Below are positions 36,366 to 45,625 of a stretch of DNA of 64,000 nt, in pieces. The notes beneath the pieces are model-generated. The model had not been told where the DNA came from. It worked only from the letters and a program-made list of their open reading frames with translations, and ran no database searches. Positions within the stretch are counted from its first letter, which is position 1, and every line of letters begins with the position of its first letter. Origin of the DNA: an uncultured Alistipes sp. (GTDB lineage Bacteria; Bacteroidota; Bacteroidia; Bacteroidales; Rikenellaceae); contig CAZFQU010000002.1 in the NCBI GenBank assembly GCA_964521245.1, positions 1,526-65,525 on the forward strand, read 5' to 3'. Both the position numbers and the translations under genes were made by a program.

Positions 36366-39300
36366 TTAATCCTTAACCAGCACCACATACTCTCCGCCGT
36401 TAAGCGAGACGTGGTAGTTGCTGCCCAAACTGATTGAGGCTCCGCTCATAAGGTTTTGCCACACTCCGCTTTTAGGGACTGCGATATCAAACTCAACGTG
36501 GCTGTTCGAGAAGTTTGAAACCACAATAACACTTCCCTCAGCGGTCGAATAGACCAGATGTTTACCTCCGAAATCGCCATCCGAAGCGTGAAATGTGTTA
36601 CACTGCACGTCGTTATGGCTATACATAGCTTTGTGACCGGCTCGCCACTTGAGAATCTTTCCTATGGCATTGTATATGGCGCGACGGTCCGAATTGTTGT
36701 AGTACTCCCATTTCGCAGGCTTTTTGCCCGTACGTCCATTATCCTCGATTGAAACATCGTAGCCAAGTTCGCCAAACTGCCACATCATCTTAGGGTAGGG
36801 CGAAAGCAGATGGATTGCATAGGCTCCCTGAATCTGTTTCGAGAGACGACTCCAACTGCTGTTGACCCACGATTGACCCCAAGTCACTGCCTTGTAGGCC
36901 GTGCGCTCCTCGTCATGGCTCTCGAAGTAGCTCACTCGTCCCCACTCTTCCGACCCCTTGAGGTCGCTCGAAGAATTGTAGCCCATAACAGTCTGGTAGT
37001 ATCCCTCACACTCGTTGTTCCATAGCAAAATATCTTTGTGGCAGGCAAGCTCGTTCTCCTCCCACCAGTCGGCAAAGTGTTCCAATATTATATAGGCACT
37101 GCTCGAGACCTCGCGAATGGCATTCGCATAATCCTTAATGATGGCTATTCGCGAACCATCGTAGCCACTCCAAGCACCCACATCGTCGCCCGTATTGGTT
37201 TGTGTCAGACCCTTCGACAGGTCGAAACGATAGCCATCGACCTTGTACTCCCGAATCCAATATTTCAACATATCTTTGAAGTATGAGCGAGTCTTCCAAT
37301 ACTCGTGGTTTAGGTCGTGATAGACATTGTAGGGGTGACGAGCGACGCGGTTGAAGAATGGGTTTTGCGATGTGGTTGTATTAGCCGATGAATCCCACCA
37401 CATCTTAGCCCAAGGGAAAAGACCCGTAGCGTGGTTGATTACCACATCCAAGATGACAGCTATGCCGCGCTTGTGGCACTCGTCGATAAAATACTTATAA
37501 TCCTCTGAGGTGCCATAAGCCTTGTCGGGAGCAAAGTAGAAGCATGGATTATAGCCCCACGAGTCGTTGCCGTCGAACTCCTGAATAGGCATCAACTCGA
37601 TAGCCGTTATGCCCAAGTTCTGGAGGTAGTCCAACTTCTGTGTAGCCGCACGCACCGTTCCGTCGGATGTGAAGTCGCGCAGCAAAAGTTCATATATCAC
37701 AACCGAGTTTTTGGGTGCGGGTGTAAACTTCTCCACCTGCCATTGATAGGCAGTGGGCGAAAGTTCGAATACCGACACTATATCCGAAGTATATGCTTCG
37801 GGATAGGGCTTGAGGTTAGGGTAAGTTGAAGAGCTGATCCACTTGTCGTTCCAAGGGTCGAGGACCTTTTTCGAGTAGGGGTCTGCCACGCGAATACTCT
37901 CGTCGATAAGGTATTGGTAGCCATACTCCACGCCCTCACTCAGCCCCTCAATCTTGGTCCAGAAGTAGTCTCCATCGCGCTTCATCATACCCGCGTGAGT
38001 GAGCGAGTAGTTGTTCCAATCGCCAATTACGAATACCGAACTTTTGCCCGGCGCGTAGAGTGCAAATGTTGCGCTGTTGCCCGAGATGGTTACACCATCG
38101 CTGATACCCGACGGACGAGCTGCGTACTGGGTCGAGCCGATGACCGAATATCTAACCACCTTCTCTACGCTCTGCTCACCATCGGTAGCCACAGCCCTAA
38201 GTTCCACATCTTCGCCCGCATTTGGCGTGTAGGCATAGGTTATGCTGCCTGCCGACGAACACTTTATCATTTCGCCATTCTTGTAGAGCGAAACCTCCGA
38301 GGCTCTGTTCTGGTTGACCTGAATCACCACTTGGTTGCCTGTTCGGTAACAATCTCCGTCGCTTGGCGATACTATATCGACCATCAGTTCGTCACTGACC
38401 ACGTCGATAAATATATCTCCGTTTGCCGACTTTATCTCCTTCGAGCCATCTGCCGAGCGGAATACGAATGCCAACTTCTCAACCTCTATGCTTTGTGGTA
38501 TGCCATAGAATGAGCGCACACCGCCTTTCAGGGTCAGCTGCCAGAGGTTGTTGCCTATGCTACGGAGTTTGCAGTCGGATCTGTTCTCGCTCCACGAAGC
38601 CTTGATATACCTCCAATCACTGAGCGAAGAACTTGCTGAGGTTATTACTCCTGTGTGGGCATATATATCACCCGTAAAGTTAGCCATCGAGCTGTTGGCT
38701 GCATTCAGAGTAAGAACTATATCGTCGGTCGAGTTTTCGGTTACAAATTTGGGCTGAGTCGATACCAAAGGGTAGTGGAGCGGAAGGTTGTCGCCATCTT
38801 CAAGCTCCACCTCGAAACACTTCATCGGTTGTATCAGATTGCGGTCAACTATAATCTCCTTCTGAGTACTTTTGGTGAATATATCGCCATCCGTATCTGT
38901 CGCCTTAATGGTAAAACCTTTGCTGAATGTTGTCTGTGGCAGAGCAAACAAAAACGATGTGGGCGAGCTGCTATCTGTGCTGAGCCTTATTCCTTGCAAT
39001 GACTCAATACAGATGTTTTTTGATGCCCCCTCCTTCATCGTTACGCTGACCTCTCCCTGCTCTTCTACCGTGACTAAGGCTTCGCCCGATATAGGCTCGT
39101 TGTTGTTGCCCGTAAGCTCCACTTTGCTGATAGTGGTGGAGGAGCCATAGAGCTGAATTTTCAGATATCCACACACATTCTTCAGTCGCAGATAGTGGTC
39201 CTCGCAAGATTCGGTGGCAGCCACCAATGGATTCGAATCGTCGCCAAATGAGCCTTCGGCGTAGTTCTGAACTGAGGGTATGTTCAGACTCAATGTGCCA

Positions 39301-39653
39301 TCTGCCCCGACTTGGTTGCTCTCGCTGTAAGGATAGATGGCATAACAACGCTTAAGCTCCCTGCCCGAGGCACTGCCACTCTGCTCTGAGTCGAATCTGC
39401 CCCCATCGCCACTGTATGTGTAGCGGATGTTTGCATCGACCCCCGGGAAGTAAGATATCTGGTCACCCTCGAGCCATACCACCTTGCTCTCGTCGATGAG
39501 CTGAGTGCGTGTATCCTCGTCGAGTCGGGCATAGATGCTTTGTGGTATCTCCACTTTCGGAAACATAGGCTCTATGCTCTGCTCTGTGTAGTTGCAACTC
39601 CAAGCTGCCAAAACCACCAATAGTGTGGTTAGAAGTTGTGAATGTCTCTTCAT
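36366..39653 (-). CDS. GH13 alpha-glucan hydrolase lipoprotein with a ~550-aa N-terminal non-catalytic region
   Basis: GH13 conserved regions DVVINH, GYRFDLSKG, IILEHF and FESHDEER, with an E-set/CBM48-like segment before the barrel. MKRHSQLLTTLLVVLAAWSC lipoprotein signal from the ATG at 39653; alternative starts at 39662 and 39701. Confidence 0.85.
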   Translation of the reverse strand: MKRHSQLLTTLLVVLAAWSCNYTEQSIEPMFPKVEIPQSIYARLDEDTRTQLIDESKVVWLEGDQISYFPGVDANIRYTYSGDGGRFDSEQSGSASGRELKRCYAIYPYSESNQVGADGTLSLNIPSVQNYAEGSFGDDSNPLVAATESCEDHYLRLKNVCGYLKIQLYGSSTTISKVELTGNNNEPISGEALVTVEEQGEVSVTMKEGASKNICIESLQGIRLSTDSSSPTSFLFALPQTTFSKGFTIKATDTDGDIFTKSTQKEIIVDRNLIQPMKCFEVELEDGDNLPLHYPLVSTQPKFVTENSTDDIVLTLNAANSSMANFTGDIYAHTGVITSASSSLSDWRYIKASWSENRSDCKLRSIGNNLWQLTLKGGVRSFYGIPQSIEVEKLAFVFRSADGSKEIKSANGDIFIDVVSDELMVDIVSPSDGDCYRTGNQVVIQVNQNRASEVSLYKNGEMIKCSSAGSITYAYTPNAGEDVELRAVATDGEQSVEKVVRYSVIGSTQYAARPSGISDGVTISGNSATFALYAPGKSSVFVIGDWNNYSLTHAGMMKRDGDYFWTKIEGLSEGVEYGYQYLIDESIRVADPYSKKVLDPWNDKWISSSTYPNLKPYPEAYTSDIVSVFELSPTAYQWQVEKFTPAPKNSVVIYELLLRDFTSDGTVRAATQKLDYLQNLGITAIELMPIQEFDGNDSWGYNPCFYFAPDKAYGTSEDYKYFIDECHKRGIAVILDVVINHATGLFPWAKMWWDSSANTTTSQNPFFNRVARHPYNVYHDLNHEYWKTRSYFKDMLKYWIREYKVDGYRFDLSKGLTQTNTGDDVGAWSGYDGSRIAIIKDYANAIREVSSSAYIILEHFADWWEENELACHKDILLWNNECEGYYQTVMGYNSSSDLKGSEEWGRVSYFESHDEERTAYKAVTWGQSWVNSSWSRLSKQIQGAYAIHLLSPYPKMMWQFGELGYDVSIEDNGRTGKKPAKWEYYNNSDRRAIYNAIGKILKWRAGHKAMYSHNDVQCNTFHASDGDFGGKHLVYSTAEGSVIVVSNFSNSHVEFDIAVPKSGVWQNLMSGASISLGSNYHVSLNGGEYVVLVKD

Positions 39654-39896
39654 ATCGCACATCTTTTTACCAATCCTCTTCCTCTTTCGAGCCTTCAACA
39701 TCTTCTATTTCTACGCCAAACGATGCGGCAAATCCCTCCTCGACTCTTGTGGACAGAATCTCTATCTCGGGAGTTATGTAAGTGGTATTGTGGTGAGTTG
39801 TCATTGTGTTGGTCTTCACTTTTTTCTCTAATACAAATATATATATTATTTGCTCCTATTGTGTGGTTTCGTTTGCTAATTTTCAGTTTTGGTCGG

Positions 39897-39904
39897 CAAA
39901 GATA
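39897..39904 (-). promoter_or_regulatory. -7 box TATCTTTG for the GH13 gene
   Basis: Exact TAnnTTTG on the minus strand. It implies a ~200-240-nt leader. Confidence 0.4.
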
Positions 39905-40012
39905 CAAAATAAGTATCATTTGTGCTACATAATCATTGCTAAATATTTTCACTCAGATAAAGAGTCGAGCAATAAAAAACGAGCATATTGCACCATTATT
40001 CCGATTTTTTAG

Positions 40013-40020
40013 TACATTTG
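40013..40020 (+). promoter_or_regulatory. -7 box TACATTTG for the DUF2147 gene
   Basis: Exact TAnnTTTG 53 nt upstream of the ATG at 40073. Confidence 0.4.
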
Positions 40021-40072
40021 CGCCGATTTTTCTGATAATAACAATATTTGTTTAACTTAAACTTATGTATGT

Positions 40073-40522
40073 ATGAATAGAGTTGTCAAGTTTTTAATCA
40101 TTGCACTTTGTCTGTTCGGCTCGTTTGAGGGCTTTGCTCAGAAGGCAGACCGTATTTTGGGTGTCTATGAGGCAGTCGAGGAGGGTAAGGAGTCGAAGGT
40201 TCGATTCACCAAACTCTCGAACGGAACCTATCAGGGTCAGATTTTCTGGCTTAAGAATCCCAATAATCCCGATGGTTCGCCCAAGTACGATTTGAAGAAT
40301 CCCGACCCAAAGAAACGTGCGGTTCGCTCCGATAATATTGTTGTGGTGTGGGGTGTGAAATACGATGCCGAGGATAATGAGTGGAATGGCGGAAAGGTTT
40401 ATAACCCAACAAGCGGCAAGACCTACGATGTTGAGATTACCTTTACCGACCCCAAGACCCTCAACGTAAGAGGCAAGCTCGGTCCCTTCGGCAAGTCGGT
40501 GTATTGGAAGAAGATTCAGTAA
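40073..40522 (+). CDS. secreted DUF2147-like protein
   Basis: 149 aa with a signal peptide. ...GKVYNPTSGKTYDVEITF...LNVRG... is typical of DUF2147. Confidence 0.65.
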   Translation: MNRVVKFLIIALCLFGSFEGFAQKADRILGVYEAVEEGKESKVRFTKLSNGTYQGQIFWLKNPNNPDGSPKYDLKNPDPKKRAVRSDNIVVVWGVKYDAEDNEWNGGKVYNPTSGKTYDVEITFTDPKTLNVRGKLGPFGKSVYWKKIQ

Positions 40523-40616
40523 GCGGTCCTTCCCACAGATAACATATCGTGTAATTTGTTTGCAGGGTCAAATAATTTTTGCTTATTTTGCATAACGGCA
40601 AAAGGCAAAACTGATT

Positions 40617-41234
40617 ATGAGAGAAATTGACCCCAAACTTACTTCCCGAGCTAAGGCTTTTCAGATGTGGATGAAATCACCGATGCCTATGGTGACCTTT
40701 CACAAGACATTCACCATTACTCGCCTGTTACGTCGGGCAGCCAAGTCGGGCTACAAACTCAATATGTTGATGTGTTATTGCATAGGCAGAGCAGCAGATA
40801 GGACCAAGGAGTTCTATCTGTTGCCTGTGGGCGATAAGCTGATGGAGTTCGACCACCTTGCCATCAACACTGTTGTTATGACCGACAACGGCACAATCAA
40901 TACTTGCGATGTGCCTTACAGCGAAAATCTTGAGCAGTTTAATGCCGACTACCTGCGCCTGACACAGATGGTCAAAACCTCTGACCGGAGTTATGACCTT
41001 GGCGATGATTATATGGTTATTGGCACATCTGCTCTTACCAAATGCGATATCGACGGGGTGGTTAATATCTATGCCGGATTCTTCAATAACCCCTTCTTGG
41101 CGTGGGGCAAATATCGCAAAGGATTTTTCAAAACCACGCTCCCAATCTCGTTCCAATTCCATCATACTCAGATGGATGGACCGCAATCAACAGCCTTTCT
41201 TAATAGGCTCCAAGAGGAGTTCGACCGACTCTAA
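40617..41234 (+). CDS. CatA-like (chloramphenicol acetyltransferase fold) O-acetyltransferase
   Basis: 205 aa. Active-site-like FQFHHTQMDG (CAT consensus HHxxxDG). Confidence 0.7.
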   Translation: MREIDPKLTSRAKAFQMWMKSPMPMVTFHKTFTITRLLRRAAKSGYKLNMLMCYCIGRAADRTKEFYLLPVGDKLMEFDHLAINTVVMTDNGTINTCDVPYSENLEQFNADYLRLTQMVKTSDRSYDLGDDYMVIGTSALTKCDIDGVVNIYAGFFNNPFLAWGKYRKGFFKTTLPISFQFHHTQMDGPQSTAFLNRLQEEFDRL

Positions 41235-41269
41235 ATTTTCATTCCAACCAAGCAATAATAGCTGCGTGT

Positions 41270-43663
41270 ATGAGGTGTTTTAAGTCGCTGCTTTGTTGTG
41301 TGATGACGTTGTGTGGTTTTTCGCTTTATGCCCAAAACTACGACAATGAGCCATACTACCCGTACGAGAGCCTACACTCCGAGCCTGAGCCGCTGATGAT
41401 TCGCACCGATAGTTCGCTCTTCTATCGGGCAATCAGTCTTACACCCCAACTCTATGGCTCGCTCAGTCGCAGTAGTGTGAGCTTCGTGGCTTTTAATCGC
41501 AGGGGCGAAAGCCGTTTCGACGAGCCACTCCGCATGGGGCGTCTTAACTTGGACTATTCTACCTACTCTCTGCTCTCACGTCTGCTCGAGGAGCAAGATT
41601 ATCTCTCCCTCGCCCCGTGGCTTAATGCTTCCAACAATGATTCGCATCGTCTTACTTTAGCCCTCACCGATAGGGGCTATCGCTCGTCGATTGGCTATCG
41701 GCATCAACTCCTCACCCGGCGTGGTTGGACCTCGTCGCTCTATGCTGGTGCGCGTTTTGGTCGTGATGGGGCTGTGGCTGCCGTCGGGACCGACAAGGTC
41801 GAGGGAGCCTGCCTCCTGCAACGCGAGTTTGATAATGGTTTGTCGTTGTCGCTGATGGCAACTTTTACCGCCTCGAAACAGATGCTCGCATCCTCATCTG
41901 TCGAGGAGACCTACTCACTTACGGGCAACAATCTCTATAACCCTGCATGGGGATTCGACTCGGGTAAGGTGCGCTCTTCGCGTGAGAGCAGCCGCCTGCT
42001 GCCGGTCATCTCTTTAGGGCTGGAGAAGAGAGTTGGCAAGGGGAGCATAATTCGCTTCGATGTCTTATCCGAGGTAGCTATCCGCAGGTTAAGTTCTTTG
42101 GCGTGGTTCGATACCTCGTCACCTATGCCCGACTACTATCGTAAGTTGCCCAGCTACTACTCCGACCCCAAAGTTCGGCAAATAGTCGAGGAGTCGTGGC
42201 GAAATGGAGATACTCGCTACACACAGATTGATTGGCAGGAGCTGCGCCTGCAAAACAGAATGGCAGGTGGCGAGGCTAAATATATAGTGCAGGATGATGT
42301 GACTCGGCAGCTGAACCTTGCACTTGTACTGAGTGGTAGCAGTCAACTTTCGACCAATCTGATGATAGACTATGGGCTGAGAGCAATAATCCGCCGTGAG
42401 CGTAATTTCCTCTGTGTTGTCGATATGCTCGACGCGAAGTATCATACGGATATCGATTTCTATCTGCTCGACGAGGGCTCCTTTTCGCACAACACCCAAA
42501 ACAATCTTCTCTCACCCAACCGACAAGTCACTGAGGGCGACAGGTTTGGTTTCGATTACTCGCTATTTGACTCCTCTCTCTCGCTCTTCTCCTCTATCGA
42601 CTATTCGTTCGGTGGACTACGTATGGCTGCCGAGCTGGAGCTTACGCGCAGCGATATGTTTCGTCGTGGCTACTACGAGAAAGAGCTGTTTGCCGGTGAT
42701 GGCTCCTATGGGCGGTCTGATGTGCAGAGCCTCTATCCCTATCGTCTGAATCTGCTTGCGGGCTACACCTTTAAGCCCAATCACCACCTTTCGCTCTCAC
42801 TCGAGCTTGAGGGACGCGCTCCGCAGATTGATAACCTGTTTATGCAGCCCGAGTATAATAATCGTTGCTACGAGGGCGAGTTGGAGAGCAGGGTCAGCTC
42901 GCAACTGCGCTTTGTGGGCTCCTCGGGCAAGGTGAGATATGAGCTTATGGCATTTGTCAACCTTGTGCGAAATGCAATGCAGAGCATAAGATGTTATGAC
43001 GATGTGAGCTATACGTTTTGCGACCGTCTGACTCAAAATATCTCGACTCTGAGCTATGGCGTCGAGGCGGCACTATCTGCCCGACTTCACAAACGGCTTC
43101 AGCTGTCGGCTACCGCTTCGCTGCTCAGAGCAACCTATGTCGATAACCCCGTCGTAACGCTCTATGACGATGCCGATAACACTCTCCTTAGCGACTCTTC
43201 GCCAAGCTATATGCGAGGTCTGCACCTTGGGGCAACTCCCCATCTGTCGGCAACTGTTGGCTTAGACTATTTTGCCCGTAGCTGGGGTGTGGGCATAGAT
43301 TGTGCCTATGTGGGCTTCAGATACTCCACTCCCAACTTCTCGCGCCGTACGGCTCGTGTTGTCGGTCTGCTCTCATCGCCCGAAGAGCGCGAAGAGTTTA
43401 TGGAGCAAGGGCGTTTGAACGATGCACTGAGATTTGACCTCTCGGCGTGGAAGAGATTCCGACTTGGCAAAAAGTATGCTCTGACACTCTTCTTGAGCCT
43501 GAGAAATCTGCTTTCAGACAACGATACCGAGTACGATGCCTACGAGAGCCATAGGATAGTGCGCCAACGCTATGGCGAGAGCTACGCCTTTCGTCCTCAG
43601 GGCGACAGACTAAGCTACTCGTATCCCCGCTCTATATATTTCAGTGTCGGCTTTAAGTTCTAA
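41270..43663 (+). CDS. outer-membrane beta-barrel protein, TonB-dependent-receptor-like, uncharacterised
   Basis: 797 aa. Signal peptide ending ...SLYAQ. Alternating beta-strand pattern. C-terminal ...YFSVGFKF with terminal Phe. Confidence 0.65.
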   Translation: MRCFKSLLCCVMTLCGFSLYAQNYDNEPYYPYESLHSEPEPLMIRTDSSLFYRAISLTPQLYGSLSRSSVSFVAFNRRGESRFDEPLRMGRLNLDYSTYSLLSRLLEEQDYLSLAPWLNASNNDSHRLTLALTDRGYRSSIGYRHQLLTRRGWTSSLYAGARFGRDGAVAAVGTDKVEGACLLQREFDNGLSLSLMATFTASKQMLASSSVEETYSLTGNNLYNPAWGFDSGKVRSSRESSRLLPVISLGLEKRVGKGSIIRFDVLSEVAIRRLSSLAWFDTSSPMPDYYRKLPSYYSDPKVRQIVEESWRNGDTRYTQIDWQELRLQNRMAGGEAKYIVQDDVTRQLNLALVLSGSSQLSTNLMIDYGLRAIIRRERNFLCVVDMLDAKYHTDIDFYLLDEGSFSHNTQNNLLSPNRQVTEGDRFGFDYSLFDSSLSLFSSIDYSFGGLRMAAELELTRSDMFRRGYYEKELFAGDGSYGRSDVQSLYPYRLNLLAGYTFKPNHHLSLSLELEGRAPQIDNLFMQPEYNNRCYEGELESRVSSQLRFVGSSGKVRYELMAFVNLVRNAMQSIRCYDDVSYTFCDRLTQNISTLSYGVEAALSARLHKRLQLSATASLLRATYVDNPVVTLYDDADNTLLSDSSPSYMRGLHLGATPHLSATVGLDYFARSWGVGIDCAYVGFRYSTPNFSRRTARVVGLLSSPEEREEFMEQGRLNDALRFDLSAWKRFRLGKKYALTLFLSLRNLLSDNDTEYDAYESHRIVRQRYGESYAFRPQGDRLSYSYPRSIYFSVGFKF

Positions 43664-43678
43664 GCTTTATAAAGCTGA

Positions 43679-43803
43679 TTTGCGACGAATCAACCCTCCC
43701 GTAGCGAGAGATTTTTTTGATTTTAGAGGAGCAGATTTTGTGCATCGTAATAAGAAACCCAGGTGGGTAGTACCCTAATGTATGTCCCACTCGGGTTTTG
43801 TTT
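43679..43803 (+). repeat. tandem intergenic unit R1 (box plus hairpin)
   Basis: TGCGACGAATCAACCCTCCCGTAGCGAGAG, T7, TTGATTTTAGAGGAGCAGATTTTGTGCATCG, hairpin 43755-43798, then TTTTGTTTTTT. Confidence 0.85.
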
Positions 43804-43935
43804 TTTGCGACGAATCAACCCTCCCGTAGCGAGAGAATTTTTGATTTTAGAGGAGCAGATTTTGTGCATCGCAATAAGAAACCCGGGTGGGTAGTACTCT
43901 GACGTACGTCCTATCGGGGTTTTGTTTTTTTATTT
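43804..43935 (+). repeat. tandem intergenic unit R2
   Basis: Same arm and box as R1 (T5 run), hairpin 43879-43922, then TTTTGTTTTTTTATTTT. Confidence 0.85.
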
Positions 43936-44057
43936 TTTGCGACGAATCAACCCTCCCGAAGCGAAAGAGATTTTTTGATTTTAGAGGAGCAGATTTTGTG
44001 CATCGTGAAAAATGGCGTGGAAGGATAGTATTAGAAATACAGCCTTTCACGCCATTT
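43936..44057 (+). repeat. tandem intergenic unit R3 (its hairpin doubles as the pepD terminator)
   Basis: Same arm (two A/G changes) and box (T6 run). 15-bp stem AAATGGCGTGGAAGG / CCTTTCACGCCATTT (44009-44057). Confidence 0.85.
44004..44057 (-). terminator. rho-independent terminator of pepD
   Basis: On the minus strand the R3 hairpin is followed by TTTTT. It begins about 38 nt after the stop at 44095. Confidence 0.7.
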
Positions 44058-44094
44058 AAGGGATGTGCAAAATATGCCCTATAAAATCGAAAAA

Positions 44095-45546
44095 TTAGAG
44101 TTGACGGAGAATCTCTGCCATATGATCCCAAAACTTCTGAACGGTTGCTATCTCCAATCGCTCGTCAGGAGAGTGTACGCCACGAAGGGTGGGACCGAAA
44201 GATACCATCTCGAGGTGGGGATACTTCTCGAGGAAGAGACCACACTCCAAACCTGCGTGAATAGCCTTGACCTTAGGCTCGTGACCAAAGAGCTTGACGT
44301 AGGAGTCAACAGCTACCTTCAGCAGGTGCGAGTCGGGATTGGGACTCCAGCCCGGGTAACCGTCGGAGTGTGCCACGTCGGCTCCTGCAAGGGTGAATAC
44401 CGACTCTACCATCTGCATAACATAGGTCTTGGCACTCTCGACAGAGGAACGCTGCGACGAGGTGACAATAATCTGATTGTCCTCGGCAAACTTAACCGAT
44501 GCCAGATTGGTCGAGGTCTCGACGAGTCCGGGAACAGCAAACGACATAGCGATAACGCCATTGGGTACGCCTACGAGCGAATAGACCAGACCGAACTGAG
44601 TCTTCTCGTCGAGCAGGGTGTCAACCTGAGGCATCTCGTTGAGTGTTATGCGGAAGTTAGGCTCTGAGTGTTTGAACTCCTGCTCAAGGTCTGCGGCGAA
44701 GAGTTTGTAGTGTTTCTCGAACTCGGACTTATAGCACGAGGGGATACCGAAGATTGCATACGCCTCGCGCGGGATAGCGTTACGCAGGTTACCACCATTG
44801 AAGTAGCTCAGACGCAGACCATAGCTCTGCATACCATCCCACAACAGGCGTGCTACGCACTTGTTGGCATTGACTCTGCCCTTGTTGATATCGTCGCCCG
44901 AGTGACCACCCAAAAGGTCAGACACATCGACACGATAGTAGAGGAAGTTCTGGGGGGCAGGCTCCTCATTGTAGTGGAAGGTTGCGATGGTGTCGATACC
45001 ACCCGCACAGCCGATGAATATCTCGCCCTCATCCTCAGAGTCGAGGTTGAGAAGATACTTACCCGTGAGCATACCCTCACCCAGCTCGAAGGCTCCCGTA
45101 AGACCGGTCTCCTCGTCAACGGTGAAGAGTGCCTCAAGTGCGGGGTGCTGAAGCTCCTCGTCGAGCAGTGCAGCCATAGCAGCAGCCATACCGATACCGC
45201 AATCGGCACCCAGAGTCGTACCCTCAGCCTTCACCCACTCGCCATCGATACGCGTGCGAATGGGGTCGTTATCGAAGTCGAACTCAACGTCGGAGTTCTT
45301 CTCGCAAACCATATCCATATGTGACTGGAGGATAACTGCGGGGTGGTCCTCATAGCCCTTTGTTGCAGCCTTGCGGATTACCACATTACCAATCTCGTCG
45401 GTCGAGTAGTCGAAGCCGTGCTGCTTGGCAAAGGCTACCAAAAAGTCGTGTATCTTCTGCTCCTTTTTCGAGGGGCGGGGTACACGTGTGATTGCATCAA
45501 ACTGCTCCCAAATGAGCTTGGGTTGAAGATTAGAAATTGCTGACAT
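44095..45546 (-). CDS. pepD: aminoacyl-histidine (Xaa-His) dipeptidase, M20 family
   Basis: MSAISNLQPKLIWEQFDAITRVPRPSKKE from the ATG at 45546, and metal-binding regions HMDMV and DSEDEG. Confidence 0.9.
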   Translation of the reverse strand: MSAISNLQPKLIWEQFDAITRVPRPSKKEQKIHDFLVAFAKQHGFDYSTDEIGNVVIRKAATKGYEDHPAVILQSHMDMVCEKNSDVEFDFDNDPIRTRIDGEWVKAEGTTLGADCGIGMAAAMAALLDEELQHPALEALFTVDEETGLTGAFELGEGMLTGKYLLNLDSEDEGEIFIGCAGGIDTIATFHYNEEPAPQNFLYYRVDVSDLLGGHSGDDINKGRVNANKCVARLLWDGMQSYGLRLSYFNGGNLRNAIPREAYAIFGIPSCYKSEFEKHYKLFAADLEQEFKHSEPNFRITLNEMPQVDTLLDEKTQFGLVYSLVGVPNGVIAMSFAVPGLVETSTNLASVKFAEDNQIIVTSSQRSSVESAKTYVMQMVESVFTLAGADVAHSDGYPGWSPNPDSHLLKVAVDSYVKLFGHEPKVKAIHAGLECGLFLEKYPHLEMVSFGPTLRGVHSPDERLEIATVQKFWDHMAEILRQL

Positions 45547-45593
45547 AATTATTTTTAGTGTTTTACTTTGGTTTACAAAATCAACTAACTTAG

Positions 45594-45601
45594 CAAAGGT
45601 A
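45594..45601 (-). promoter_or_regulatory. -7 box TACCTTTG for pepD
   Basis: Exact TAnnTTTG on the minus strand, 48 nt upstream of the ATG at 45546. Confidence 0.45.
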
Positions 45602-45613
45602 CTAAAAAATTTG

Positions 45614-45621
45614 TATATTTG
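45614..45621 (+). promoter_or_regulatory. -7 box TATATTTG for ispF (probable leaderless mRNA)
   Basis: TATATTTGcactATG: only 4 nt between the box and the ATG at 45626. It sits 12 nt from the divergent pepD box. Confidence 0.45.
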
Positions 45622-45625
45622 CACT

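Noticed and set aside
36327-36368. Translational readthrough or fusion of the GH13 gene into the DUF1566 frame, since the two are in the same frame.
   Set aside because: Three in-frame stops separate them: TAA at 36366-36368, TAG at 36354-36356 and TAA at 36327-36329.
40617-41234. Calling the CatA-like gene a chloramphenicol resistance determinant.
   Set aside because: Only the fold-level HHxxxDG motif is visible. Many Bacteroidales CAT-fold proteins are uncharacterised acetyltransferases, and there is no mobile-element context.
43679-44057. Tandem repeats as a CRISPR array.
   Set aside because: The units are 125-132 nt and directly abut, with no unique spacers between short repeats. No cas genes are in the window.
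43847-44131. ORFs 43887-44084 (+) and 43847-44131 (-) inside the repeat array as small proteins.
   Set aside because: T-run length differences (7, 5, 6) and other indels between repeat copies break any common reading frame. The ORFs exist only because the region lacks stops.
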